Below, in pieces: positions 38,001 through 48,397 of a stretch of 64,000 nt of DNA. The notes beneath the pieces were generated by a model, which searched no databases, was not told where the DNA came from, and saw only the letters and a list, made by a program, of their open reading frames with translations. This DNA is from Sminthopsis crassicaudata. Its lineage: Eukaryota. The stretch spans positions 301,515,146 through 301,579,145 of the forward strand of contig NC_133621.1 in the NCBI RefSeq assembly GCF_048593235.1. Direction: 5' to 3'. The position numbers were made by a program, and so were the translations under genes. How positions within the stretch are numbered: the first letter of the stretch is position 1; every line of letters begins with the position of its first letter.

Positions 38001-39620
38001 AGGAAGCCTTGGAAAAACACCACTAGATTAGACATTATAAGTAACTTGGGAGACCTCAGAGAGAACAGTAGGGGGGTGTAAGTGGAGGACCCACCCCCTC
38101 TATATGTAAATGCATTAAACTAGCCTTGAAAGGATGGAGCCTTCAGTGAAAGGCAGCAGAGAGGCTGGTCAGCTAGAGAAGACGGGATGGGATGGAAAGT
38201 ATTGCTTGTGTGGATAGTGGAAATGAGCCATGACAAAGAGATGGGGCACATCTTCAGGGGAGATAATACCTTCTAGGCAAGGAGCTCAGCTGAGGGATGC
38301 CTCTGGTTCACCAAATAGTCAAGGGGGTGAAAAATGCAGGGATGATGTCCTAGGGAAGACCTGAGTGGTCGGGTATTGATCAGGGCGTGGGCACAGTATG
38401 GGAGATAAAAAGTAGCAAAGGAAAAGGTGAAAGGGAATTTGTAAGGCATGAAATAAGTAAACTTAAGGTCTTAGGGGGCAGGGAATGATGTGGGAATAAG
38501 GATAGAGGGAATGCTTGTTCATCATCGAGGAATGATTTCAGATTGGCTTTCATTTCAGCTGGGAAGTTTCGTAAACAGTCAGCGTAGAGGAGGTAGAGGA
38601 GGAGGCATTCATTACCAATGAATTAAGATGTTATTTGCTGAAATTATAGTAAGGTCAGATAGCCTTGTGGACAAAATGGAGGGGGGGAACAGGAGGAAAT
38701 TACTTTGATTTACAGCTCTGTGAAAAACGAAAATGCTTTTTAATATTGTGATGGTGCCCTGGAAGAGTCTGAGTGGCCTTCCACAGGTCTCTCAGATAAA
38801 GACAAAGAAGTCCAGCCCCACAGGAAAGCTAGCCGCTATTTTGTTACTTAGCTGTTACAACAAACCTTGAATTGAACTGAATTGAATTTGGATTATATCT
38901 TCTTGTAGTTACCAAGTTTTATGTGGGTAAATGAGAATGTAAACTTAAAACATTTATCAGCAAACCAGCAATGCACACCACCTACTTTTGTCTGACCCAC
39001 AAGTCATTTACATGTTTTTTAAAAAACCTTTATTGTGGAGCTAAGAAAGAAAATCCTGTCCATCTCTCCCTTCACAATTGTGCTGGTAAGGAGTGCAGTT
39101 AATATGAAAATAGGGGATTTTTTTTTTTTTTAAATAGCCTTTTAAAAAACAACTAGAAAACCCTTTTGAAATCATCCAGTCAACCCTCCTCACTAATTAC
39201 AGGCTCAATGTCCAGTTCCAGAGAAGGAATGACACTGTATAGTCCATAGTCATGAAAGCATAATTTGTGTGTGTTCTTGAGTTCTTGTCATTTTGTCCCA
39301 TTTTAAAGAAAATCATTTGAAAACTGGAGGGAAAAGTAGCCTGGAGGTTCGGCAAACCATGACACAATTCTGAGGATGGTTATCCTGGAAGATATAAGGC
39401 AAATAGTAGCTCTTTCCCAGTATTGAAGGGTTTGGGGAGAGGGAGGATGGGGAAAGCTTCCTTCCCATAATAGGAAGTTTTGCAAGAAGGGTTGCTTTAT
39501 TTGAGGGATTTAGGTGAAATGAGTGTGTAGCTATTTTATATTCATTTTACTTTTGTTGTTTCCTTTAGTTGGTGCTTGTTATTAATAGTTCTAGTTCCAC
39601 AAATTTTATAAAGGGAACTT

Positions 39621-39749
39621 TTTTTTTTCCTGAGGCAGTTGGTTAAATGACTTGCCCAGGGTCACACAGTTAGGACTTGTAATTTGTCTGAGACCAGATC
39701 CTTCTGACTTCAGGATGGTGCTCTATCCACTGCACCACCTAGCTGCCCC
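39621..39749 (-). mobile_element. tRNA-derived CORE-SINE with TSD
   Basis: Poly-T tail; antisense head ggtgctctatccactgcaccacctagctgcccc; TSD AAGGGAACTT (39611-39620) / AAGGTAACTT (39750-39759). Confidence 0.9.
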
Positions 39750-39836
39750 AAGGTAACTTCCTTTTCATTAGGATGCGATAACACATGAGATTATCAGTCT
39801 AATAAGTTGTGCAGTGATCCCACTAGGAGACCTTTT

Positions 39837-40083
39837 GGGGGCCAGTTAGGTAGCACAGTGCATAGAGCACTGGGCTGGGAATCAGGAAGACTCCTCTCCT
39901 CAATTTCAAAATCGGCCTCAGACACCCCAGTGTGTGACCCTGACCAAGTCACTTTATCCTGTTTGCCTCCTTTTCCTCACCTTTAAAATGTCCTGGAGAA
40001 GAAAATCCTAACCACTCTAGTGTCTTTGCCAAGAGAGTTCCAAACAGTCAAGGAAAAGTGGACAGGACTGAAATGAGTGACTA
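39837..40083 (+). mobile_element. CORE-SINE with RTE-type tail (Mar1-like)
   Basis: Head gggggccagttaggtagcacagtgcatagagc; tail ccactctagtgtctttgccaag..ggacaggactgaaatga. Confidence 0.85.
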
Positions 40084-40360
40084 ATTGAAAAATAAATCCT
40101 TGCTTATTCTCCCTCTCCTGCCCTCTCTGCCTCTTTTCCTTCCCTCCCCACCCCCGTACATACACACCATATAGTAGTATAATTATTCTCTTGAAGGAAA
40201 TGGCTGGGCCAGTTTCAGGAAAGAGCTTGTTAAATTGGGCCGGGCGGTACCACCTGAGACCAAAGGTTAAGTTAACAGAGCCCCTAGAAGACTTTCAGTC
40301 TTTTTATTTCCATTTTTGGGAGGAAGGTGTTTGCTTAATCTGGGCTCTCTTCTCCCTCAG

Positions 40361-40438
40361 ATGGTCCTTTGCCAGACCCAACCATGATCCGTGCCAATGT
40401 TCCGACCCAGATGATGACTCGGATGCCTCCACAGACAG
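40361..40438 (+). CDS. EP300: EP300 exon 11
   Basis: cag|ATGGTCCT ... CAGACAG|gtatgt; 78 nt; NGPLPDPTMIRANVPTQMMTRMPPQT. Confidence 0.93.
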
Positions 40439-40545
40439 GTATGTCACCCGCAGTGGTCTTAGTGAGGAGAAACCCCTGGCTGCACACACCCCCTAATAAA
40501 GGGCCATTCCAATGACCAGAACTGCACGTTGTAAAATGTCTTCCT

Positions 40546-40630
40546 GGGGCAGCCCGATGGCACCATGGACAGAAATCTGAGGACCCGAGTTCAAATTTAA
40601 CACTTACTAGCTGTATTATAACACCCCTCC
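40546..40630 (+). mobile_element. Short SINE head fragment
   Basis: ggggcagc..gaggacccgagttcaaattt..acacttactagctgt. Confidence 0.7.
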
Positions 40631-40783
40631 CCCCATATCCTCTCATCCAGCTAAAGAGCATCAATTCCTGTGCAAATTTCCTTCTTTTTTAGCAGAGAGA
40701 ATATTTTGTTCTTTGGAAAGTTCCTGTGATTATGTGGCTCCTTTAGTCACCCTCATTCAGACTCAGTTTGTCTCTTTAAGCAG

Positions 40784-40893
40784 GAATGAATCAGTTTGGC
40801 CAGATGAACATGCAGCTGCCCTCTCTTGGACCCAGACAGACGCCACCTCTTCAGCACCCTGGACAGCTCAGCCAGGCGGGGCCCATGAACCAG
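40784..40893 (+). CDS. EP300: EP300 exon 12 (NAGNAG acceptor; start could also be 40781)
   Basis: aagcag|GAATGAAT ... AACCAG|gtctga; 110 nt; GMNQFGQMNMQLPSLGPRQTPPLQHPGQLSQAGPMNQ. Confidence 0.9.
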
Positions 40894-41802
40894 GTCTGAA
40901 AGGAGTCCTCCTTCCCTTCTCCTCACCCCCACCTCCCCATGCCTTGGTGGGGGTCATCAGCACAACTTCCAGATGGTCGGGCGGGGCCTTCTGCTTGGTG
41001 ATCTTTCCTTTAAACATGGGGTCACACTTTGGGAAGAGAATCAAAGGGGGGAGTGTCGTAGGGTCATGTACCAAATGTAGGTGGTCGTCCCCCCAAAAGG
41101 GAGGATCAAACTGGAGCCGTCCCTGGCTATAGTGTGTGCACAGGCATGGAGGTGCGTGTGGAGGCCTTCTTGGCTTCTGCCTGTGGGACAGAAAGGTCAT
41201 CGTTGATTTAGTCTATTGACCTGCCTGATGTGCTAATGAATGTATGTGGTGTTAGAGGGGAGAAATTGTGCTGCTGTACCCAGTGCTGCTGAATACTTGG
41301 CAGATTTGCTCTCCCTCCCATTAATCACTTCGGATCTTCAAGGAAGTATTTCCTACCTTCTCTTTTCCCTGGGCCAGTAACGTGGATCATACCTCGATGA
41401 CAATTGGGATAGGCCTTTGAGGCAGTAGTTGGACATCGGCTCCTCTTTATTGTCATCGCTTTCCCCTTAGTTGTCCCCCTCCTTTCTTTTTTAATTCCTG
41501 TTTTCCCAAAACCTTAACTTAGTTGAAACTGTTAATTGTCTCCACTGGTTGACATTTATTCTTTCCTTGATCATCCTTTTTAGGGAGTGAAAATGGGGCA
41601 GCTCATTTTGTTCTTAAAGAGTTGTACTTATTCATTAGAAGGTTTTTCTTTCCATAAAATTTAAAGCCATTTTGCCCCATGGGCCCAACTGGGAAAATTC
41701 CAATCCAGCTATCATGAATCCTAAGCTAAGCCTTTTTAGTTCTGCCCACATATCCTTACGGCATCATCTCAAGTTATCCTGGGGCTGTGTGCTCTTTTGC
41801 AG

Positions 41803-41961
41803 TCTCTTGCCTTTGCTTCACGGATGCAACAGCCAGGAGTTGGTCAGCCTTCCAGCCAGAACCAGTTCCTTCAACAGAATCAGTTTTCTGCTTCCTCTCA
41901 AGGACTGAATGCTGCAAATATGCCTATGGCTCAGCCCAACAGCCAGGCACCAGTGTCTCAA
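41803..41961 (+). CDS. EP300: EP300 exon 13
   Basis: cag|TCTCTTGCC ... TCTCAA|gtacgt; 159 nt; RMQQP..QFLQQNQF..QAPVSQ. Confidence 0.9.
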
Positions 41962-42131
41962 GTACGTATGAGGCTTGTTCTGAGTCTGTATTTTCAACTT
42001 TCAGGGGAGCATGTAGTGACTTAGTGTTTTTTGCTCATCTGATTGGGAAACCCATTATGTATTGTAGATGTTGTTTAGGGAGAACACCTTTTGTTTCCCC
42101 CCCTTGGTATATTTCACTGGGTATAACTAAA

Positions 42132-42570
42132 TTTTTTTTTCATAATAATTTCTTTATTTAGAAAGCATGTGCATGGGTAATTTTTCCAACATTGACCCTT
42201 GCAAAACCTTTTTGTTGATTTTGCAAAATCCTACAAATTGCCCCTAGCTGGCAGGTAGTCCAATACATGTTAAATATGTTAAATCCAATATAGGTATTTG
42301 TATTTATACAATTATCTTGCTGCACAAGAAAAATGAGATCAAGAAGAAAGGAAGAGGAAAACTGAGAAAGAAAACAAAATGCAAGAAGGAACAACAGAGA
42401 GAATAGGGGTGCTTATGTGATGGTCCATACTCTGTTCCCACGGTCCTCTCTCTGGGTGTGGATGGCTCTCTTCATCACTGAATAAGTGGAACTGATTTGA
42501 ATCCTCTCATGGTTGAAGAGAGCCACATCCATCAGAATTGATCATCGGTATAGTCTTATTGTGTATAACA
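42132..42570 (-). mobile_element. LINE-1 3'UTR fragment
   Basis: T-rich tail; gcatgggtaatttttccaacattgacccttgcaaaacc motif shared with 6524-7391 and 63232-63365. Confidence 0.88.
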
Positions 42571-42658
42571 ATCTTAACATCTCATTTTAAACTTGCTTAA
42601 TTCAGGTGGAAGTATTCCTTGTGTGAACTTATAAAATGGATATATATTTTTTCAATAG

Positions 42659-43096
42659 GCACAGATGTCCAGTTCTTCCTGTCCTGTGAATTCTCCTGCA
42701 ATGACTCCCGGTTCTCAGGGGAACCACATTCACTGCCCCCCTCTCCCTCAACCCTCGCTGCATCGGAATTCACCTTCTCCGGTCCCCAGTCGGACTCCTA
42801 CACCACATCATACTCCTCCAGGCATGGGGTCCCAGCAGCCTCCAGCTCCAGTAGCTTCAGCCCCTGCTCCAACACCCCCAGCAATGAACTCTGGACCACA
42901 GCCCCCTGCTCTCCACCCTACTCCGAGACAGACGCCCACACCTCCTCAGGCACAGCTTCCTCCCCAAGTACAGCCTCCACTTCCTGCTGTTCCTTCGGTT
43001 GAGCCGCCCCAGCAACAACCCCTCTCCCAGCAGAGCGCCACACCCTCGGTGCCCACCCCAACGGCCCCACTACCGCCTCAACAGCCGACGACTCCA
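42659..43096 (+). CDS. EP300: EP300 exon 14 (Pro/Ser/Thr-rich)
   Basis: tag|GCACAGATG ... ACTCCA|gtatgt; 438 nt; AQMSSSSCPVNSP..SPSPVPSRTPTPHHTPP. Confidence 0.96.
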
Positions 43097-43444
43097 GTAT
43101 GTACAGAACTGACTTTTCTCTCTTCTCTACCTAGCATGACCACTGACAAATAGACTGTTGTGGGTGCCCTGAGACTGCCCGGCAGCCATTTAGTACATTT
43201 GGTGATAACAGAAATAGTCAGGAATGTCTTCAGTCCTTGTGCTGAAGGAAATGTCCCTTCTGTGCTGCTCCTGCCACCATGCGCAGGAGAGCCAGAGGGG
43301 TGCAGCAAGGACATCGACTAGGAAAGCCACTGGCCGAATGGCTTGGAAAAGGGTCATTCTAATCCACCAATTTAGGGGGTCTCCTGGTGCTATACCTTAA
43401 TGTCATGGGGTACAGAATGCAGGAAAGAAAGCATAAAGAGATGA

Positions 43445-43650
43445 AGAGAGGCCTAGACTTTGAAAGACTTGGATTTAAATCAGTTTCAGACATTTAATAA
43501 CTGTGTGATGTTGGACGGATAACCTAGGCAACCTTTGTCTGCCTAGATTTCCTAATTTGTAGGATGGGGATAATAATACCTCTCGGGCTTGTTGGGAGGA
43601 TCCATGAATATATCATAGGTGTGTAGTGCTTAACACATAGTAGTTACTAT
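43445..43650 (+). mobile_element. MIR SINE
   Basis: Core ctgtgtgatgttgg..; tail gatggggataataatacctc..gggcttgttgggaggat..gtgcttaacacatagtag. Confidence 0.75.
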
Positions 43651-44279
43651 GGAAATGATCCCATGTATTTAATGGATCTAAAACATCCTAGCATCCTTTT
43701 TTTATGATTGTAGAAAACCAACTGTGTAGAACATTCCACTGTGTGTGACAGACGTCTCCTGAAGAGGAGAAAGGAGAGCAGAGCATCTGTAGCCTTTGTT
43801 GAATAATGAAACTGTGGGGTGGGGGAGAGTATGTGTAGGAAGGGAAGGGGTCTTCATCTCCAAAAGCAGGGGAAGGGCCTTTGTACACATGTGGGTCACC
43901 ATGGGCTTGAAACTTGGGCCCCTCCTGGGGCAGCCATTTCACTGGAGAGAGATTAGATTATTTGCTTTTTTTTTCCTCATAGATTTAGAAGCTTCTTCAG
44001 GAGTCTCTTAGACTGTTCTAAGGCCCCTGGCATGTTATCTTAAATTGTGTACTAGATACTCAGTCCTTGTTGGAGAAAAAATAAACAGATATTTACAAGT
44101 CTTGGATGTCTATACTTTTTTTAAAATGGTAAATTTAAACACCTGAGTGGTTCAGTGAGAAAAGTTTAAAAGTATAATGGAAACTGCACTGAATTCACAA
44201 AAGTTGAAACTTCATGCCCCAGACAAGTGTTCTCCACATACATTTCCAATATAATTTGGACCCTTTGCTTTGTCTGTAG

Positions 44280-44459
44280 CTTTCCCAGCCTGCTGTGAGC
44301 ATCGAAGGACAGGTATCAAACCCTCCATCAACTAGTAGCACGGAAGTGAATTCCCAGACTGCTCCTGAGCAGCAGCCTTCTCAGGACCTTAAGATTGGCT
44401 CCAAAATGGAGGAGGATCCATCAGAACCCGGAGACCCCCAGCCAGAGGATAAGACAGAG
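44280..44459 (+). CDS. EP300: EP300 exon 15
   Basis: tag|CTTTCCCAG ... ACAGAG|gtaaga; 180 nt; LSQPAVSIEGQVSNPPSTSSTEVNSQ. Confidence 0.95.
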
Positions 44460-44658
44460 GTAAGAGCAGTGAACCATGGCTCATGAGTTTGGTCTTCTCT
44501 TTAGAACAAAAATAAATATAATAAAAAGCATTTGACAAAGCAGCAAGTTCAGACTCCAGTTCTGATTGTTTGCATCTCACTAAATGAACTCCACGATGGT
44601 GTCTCCTCCTTAGCAAATGAAGGATGCTCTAGGACAGAACTCCCTGCTTGTCTTTCAG

Positions 44659-44815
44659 GCCAAAGCAGTGGCTGCGGCAGAAGACTGTAAGCTGGATGCC
44701 ATGGACACCGAAGAGAAACCTAGAGAAGTGAAAGTGGAAGTGAAGGAGGAAGAGGAGCAGCCAAACACTCCAGCCACTCAGTCTTCTCCAGCCCCAGGAC
44801 AGTCGAAGAAAAAAA
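44659..44815 (+). CDS. EP300: EP300 exon 16 (CRD1/SUMO-motif region)
   Basis: cag|GCCAAAGCA ... AAAAAAA|gtaagt; 157 nt; EVKVEVKEEEE..ATQSSPAPGQSKKK. Confidence 0.94.
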
Positions 44816-45469
44816 GTAAGTCTAGGTCAGCTTCTCCCTTGTGGAAAATGGGGAGGAAGGGGCAAGCCGGTCTGGAGTGGCCTGAGGGCCTGCAGAGGCC
44901 CACCACTCAGATCTCCCTTCTTCCCTTTCTGCATTTGGCTCCCTGCTGCTGTCTCCCTTCCTATTCTCCTCTCCCCCCTCCCCCCCTTCTCATTTTCTGG
45001 GCACGGTTCGTCTTAAAAAACCTGAGGACTCTTTTTTTGTCATTACGTTTTAGTAGATTCGTAAACCATTGCCAAGTTTTCCTAGGACCTTCAATAGTTT
45101 ATGACATCTATTAATAAAAATATTATTTGAACATTCTGGGCTTGTTTTGATAAGTCCTGCTTTTGCAGACACATCCCCTGTTTCAGAGCACTTCTAACTA
45201 GTTCATCACAGACGGAATTGACCTAATTCAAGGTGTCTTGGACCCTCTCTATGTAGTGTTGCCTAAAGCTAACTCCTCACCCCCTTGGGAGAGATGGCTT
45301 TAGTGGTCATTTCCTTACATTAGTAGGGGTGGGCTGTGTTAGAGAGGAGAGAGGGAGGTTGAAGGGGCTTGTTTTTGTTTTGTGCACATTTTCTAAGTGC
45401 TCTAACTTACATAAAAAATGTGTGCATATCTGCACTTAGTTATTTCTATTTAAATTTTTTTTTTTGAAG

Positions 45470-45588
45470 TTTTCAAGCCAGAAGAATTACGTCAGGCACT
45501 TATGCCAACACTGGAGGCCCTTTACCGTCAGGATCCAGAATCCCTTCCCTTCCGGCAGCCTGTTGACCCCCAGCTTCTAGGAATCCCG
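45470..45588 (+). CDS. EP300: EP300 exon 17 (bromodomain)
   Basis: aag|TTTTCAAG ... ATCCCG|gtacgt; 119 nt; IFKPEELRQALMPTLEALYRQDPESLPFRQPVDPQLLGIP. Confidence 0.97.
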
Positions 45589-46103
45589 GTACGTATGTGA
45601 CTTTGCCCTCCCATTAGCCCCACTCCTATCTCTGAACTATTACAATATTTTTATTTTATTTATTTTTATATCTCTGGTATTCCGTAATTTGAGGAATTAG
45701 TCATTAGATGCTCAATGAATATAGGCTATGTTTTTAATTTTTCTTGTAGCTTTGAAAATCCATGCATTTGACCAGAAGTGATAATGAGGCAGAAAACACT
45801 AGGTAGTAAGACAACATCAAAAGGGACAGTGCTGTCCCAAGAACATAAGGTAGTTGAGTCATGTTTTGTTCATCTGGGAGTTCTGGATCCAGACTTAGCT
45901 GCAGGTAGAACAGGAAAATGCATCTGCAGCTCTTGCCTGGAAAGTCTCTTAATAGCTATAGAATAAGATAGAGTTCCAATGTTGCCTTTAGAGTTTTATT
46001 CTCTTAGAATAAAGACAGATAAGTGATCCGCCATCCCTTGTTCCTTGGATTTGTCCTGGAAGTCTCTGAATAATGATGGCTTACGTCTGTTGTGTCTTAC
46101 TAG

Positions 46104-46343
46104 GATTATTTTGATATCGTGAAGAGTCCAATGGATCTCTCTACCATTAAGAGGAAATTAGACACTGGACAGTACCAAGAGCCCTGGCAGTATGTGGATG
46201 ACATATGGCTTATGTTCAACAATGCCTGGCTCTATAACCGAAAGACATCGAGGGTGTACAAGTACTGCTCCAAGCTGGCCGAGGTCTTTGAGCAAGAAAT
46301 TGATCCTGTCATGCAGAGCCTTGGCTATTGCTGTGGCAGAAAG
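46104..46343 (+). CDS. EP300: EP300 exon 18 (bromodomain)
   Basis: tag|GATTATTTT ... AGAAAG|gtgaga; 240 nt; DYFDIVKSPMDLSTIKRKL..QSLGYCCGRK. Confidence 0.97.
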
Positions 46344-46765
46344 GTGAGAAATGGGCTCTCCCTCGGGGGTCTCTTCTGGCCCTGGGCTCCCGTGGGCCTG
46401 TCTGAGGATGGGTCTCCGGTGGTTGGCCACTTGTGAGGATAGCTGAGATTGGGATGATTGGTGGTGTTACTGCCGCTATTCCTGCATCTTATTGAATTAG
46501 TAATAACTTTCCCTCACTGTACTGCACCGTACTAAATCAGAAACTTGCTGTGGGCTATTTTATATATATATAAATTTGTGTGTATGTGTGTTTAAATTTA
46601 TTTATTTATTTTTAAGTATTTATTTCCTTAAAAGTAGAACATCAACAGACAGGTGAAGAGAAGTTAAAGTTATGAGCTTGGAGGGTAGAAGGTCCTTAAA
46701 AGCAGTTGATTTGTTCTTTTGGCTTGTCATTCAAACCTTTGCAATGTGTCCCATTTACCTTGCAG

Positions 46766-46854
46766 TTGGAGTTTTCACCCCAAACACTTTGTTGCTATGG
46801 CAAACAGTTGTGCACAATCCCTCGAGATGCCACTTACTACAGTTACCAAAACAG
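46766..46854 (+). CDS. EP300: EP300 exon 19 (RING)
   Basis: cag|TTGGAGTTT ... AAACAG|gtaagc; 89 nt; LEFSPQTLCCYGKQLCTIPRDATYYSYQN. Confidence 0.97.
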
Positions 46855-46925
46855 GTAAGCCTGCCCCCAGAGAGGCCTTCCAGACATCTAGGAAAGGGTG
46901 GGTTCAGGTCTCTTAGGAAAGAATT

Positions 46926-47030
46926 GGGGGCAGCTAGAACCGGCCCTGATATCAGGAGCATCAGAGTTCAAATTTAGCCTCAGGAACCCAACAGTTCCTT
47001 GACCTTGGCCAAGCCATGGCACCCCAGTTG
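46926..47030 (+). mobile_element. SINE fragment
   Basis: gggggcagctag..caggag..gagttcaaatttagcctcag. Confidence 0.7.
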
Positions 47031-48122
47031 CCTCCCCCCCCCCCAAAAGAAAAAAAAAAGGCGAGTGTTCTCTGAGACAATTTATGTTACTAGCTCTTCT
47101 CTGTTCACAGAGAAGTTTATTGCAGTGAGATCCATGAGAAGTTCTTGGTATCCAGATAGATTAAATATGTATTTCAGCGTGTTTATTTTTTGTATATAGA
47201 GAAGAGCCCCTTGCCCTAACCAGCCATCAGCAAATGTTTCTTATCCGTAGTAATTGTATGTCTGCCTTTTCAGGAACCAGCATATAGTATAACTATGCTC
47301 ACTGTATTCTCTTTCATGCTGGCATGCCGTGATATGTGATGGCAAAACTGGAAAAACAAATAAATTTAAATGAAAGAACATTTTTTTTGTAGTGATGGCC
47401 CTTTACCAAGGTTCTGATTTTGAAAAATGATTGCTTTAGCAAAGTTTGACGCACTCTCATTAACATTTTGGTGGTAGTTGAGGCTCCGTTGATTACGTTT
47501 AGTGAAATTTTTAAAGCTAGAATAACTGAATGATAGTTGGCATGGAGCATTCCCCGTTGTCCTGCTCTTCCCCACCCTTGCCCTCCAATATGTTGTCTTG
47601 ACACCATTTTGGCTTCTAAATTCCAGCCCATTCGGAAGTTGTGTGTGTGAGTCTGCATGCAGGCGCACAACTCTCCGGGGGCTTGGCCTCCACCCTATTT
47701 CAGTAAGGACCCCCCAATAGTCAGCCCCCAACTTGGCCAAGGTCAGACTTTGTTCCCCATGATGACCTCGGGATTGTCACAAGAGGGATAGAGGAAAGTA
47801 GGATTGCCCTACTTAAGGGAAGGACACAGGAGCATTTCTCCCCTTCCCCTTCCTCAACCGGATCCTTTGCTTCAAGTGGCATGGGGGGTGTGGGTTGACT
47901 TCATTGGAATTGATTTGCTGCTTGGGGAATCCCATTTGAGAGATTGAATGCTAATCTGTGCTTTGCCTTGGCTTTCTGCTCTGTGTTGTCTTGTCTGGCC
48001 CCGTGTTGTCCGTTGTCCCGCGATCCCACGTTTGTTTTGAGTACGTGTGTACGTGTGTGTTGTTTTTTTTTTTTCTCCCATGCTTGTCGTTGTCTGCACT
48101 TGGCTCTGATTGCAAACACCAA

Positions 48123-48146
48123 CCCAAACCCAAACCCAAACCCAAA
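48123..48146. repeat. (CCCAAA)4 hexamer array
   Basis: CCC runs at 48123, 48129, 48135 and 48141, each followed by AAA. Confidence 0.95.
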
Positions 48147-48286
48147 CTGTGGGTGCCCATGTACCTCCATCATTGACTGTCCTTGTCGCCGTTGATGACC
48201 TGCTCTCTGCTCCTGTCCCCCTCCTTGGCCTGCTGTGATTGGTGGCATCGTTGCGTGGCTTGGGCTGTGTTGGGTGACCGGAACAG

Positions 48287-48316
48287 TTCACCCCAGTATG
48301 GCCTTCTTGCCGACAG
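48287..48316 (+). CDS. EP300: Putative alternative 30-nt 5' extension of exon 20 (adds SSPQYGLLAD to the RING domain)
   Basis: Upstream acceptor aacag| at 48285-48286 lies exactly 30 nt before the canonical AG. In phase 2 it reads S-S-P-Q-Y-G-L-L-A-D-R with no stop. It is the first AG after a ~240-nt AG-free zone. Confidence 0.7.
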
Positions 48317-48397
48317 GTATCATTTCTGTGAGAAGTGTTTCAATGAAATCCAGGGCGAGAGCGTATCTCTGGGGGATGATCCATCCCAGCCTCAAAC
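48317..48397 (+). CDS. EP300: EP300 exon 20 (RING)
   Basis: cag|GTATCATTTC ... CAAAC|gtaagt; 81 nt; YHFCEKCFNEIQGESVSLGDDPSQPQT. Confidence 0.96.

Noticed and set aside
47334-47418. Possible C/D-box snoRNA (GTGATGG ... CTGA) in intron 19
   Set aside because: Box C is imperfect, there is no terminal stem and no recognisable guide.
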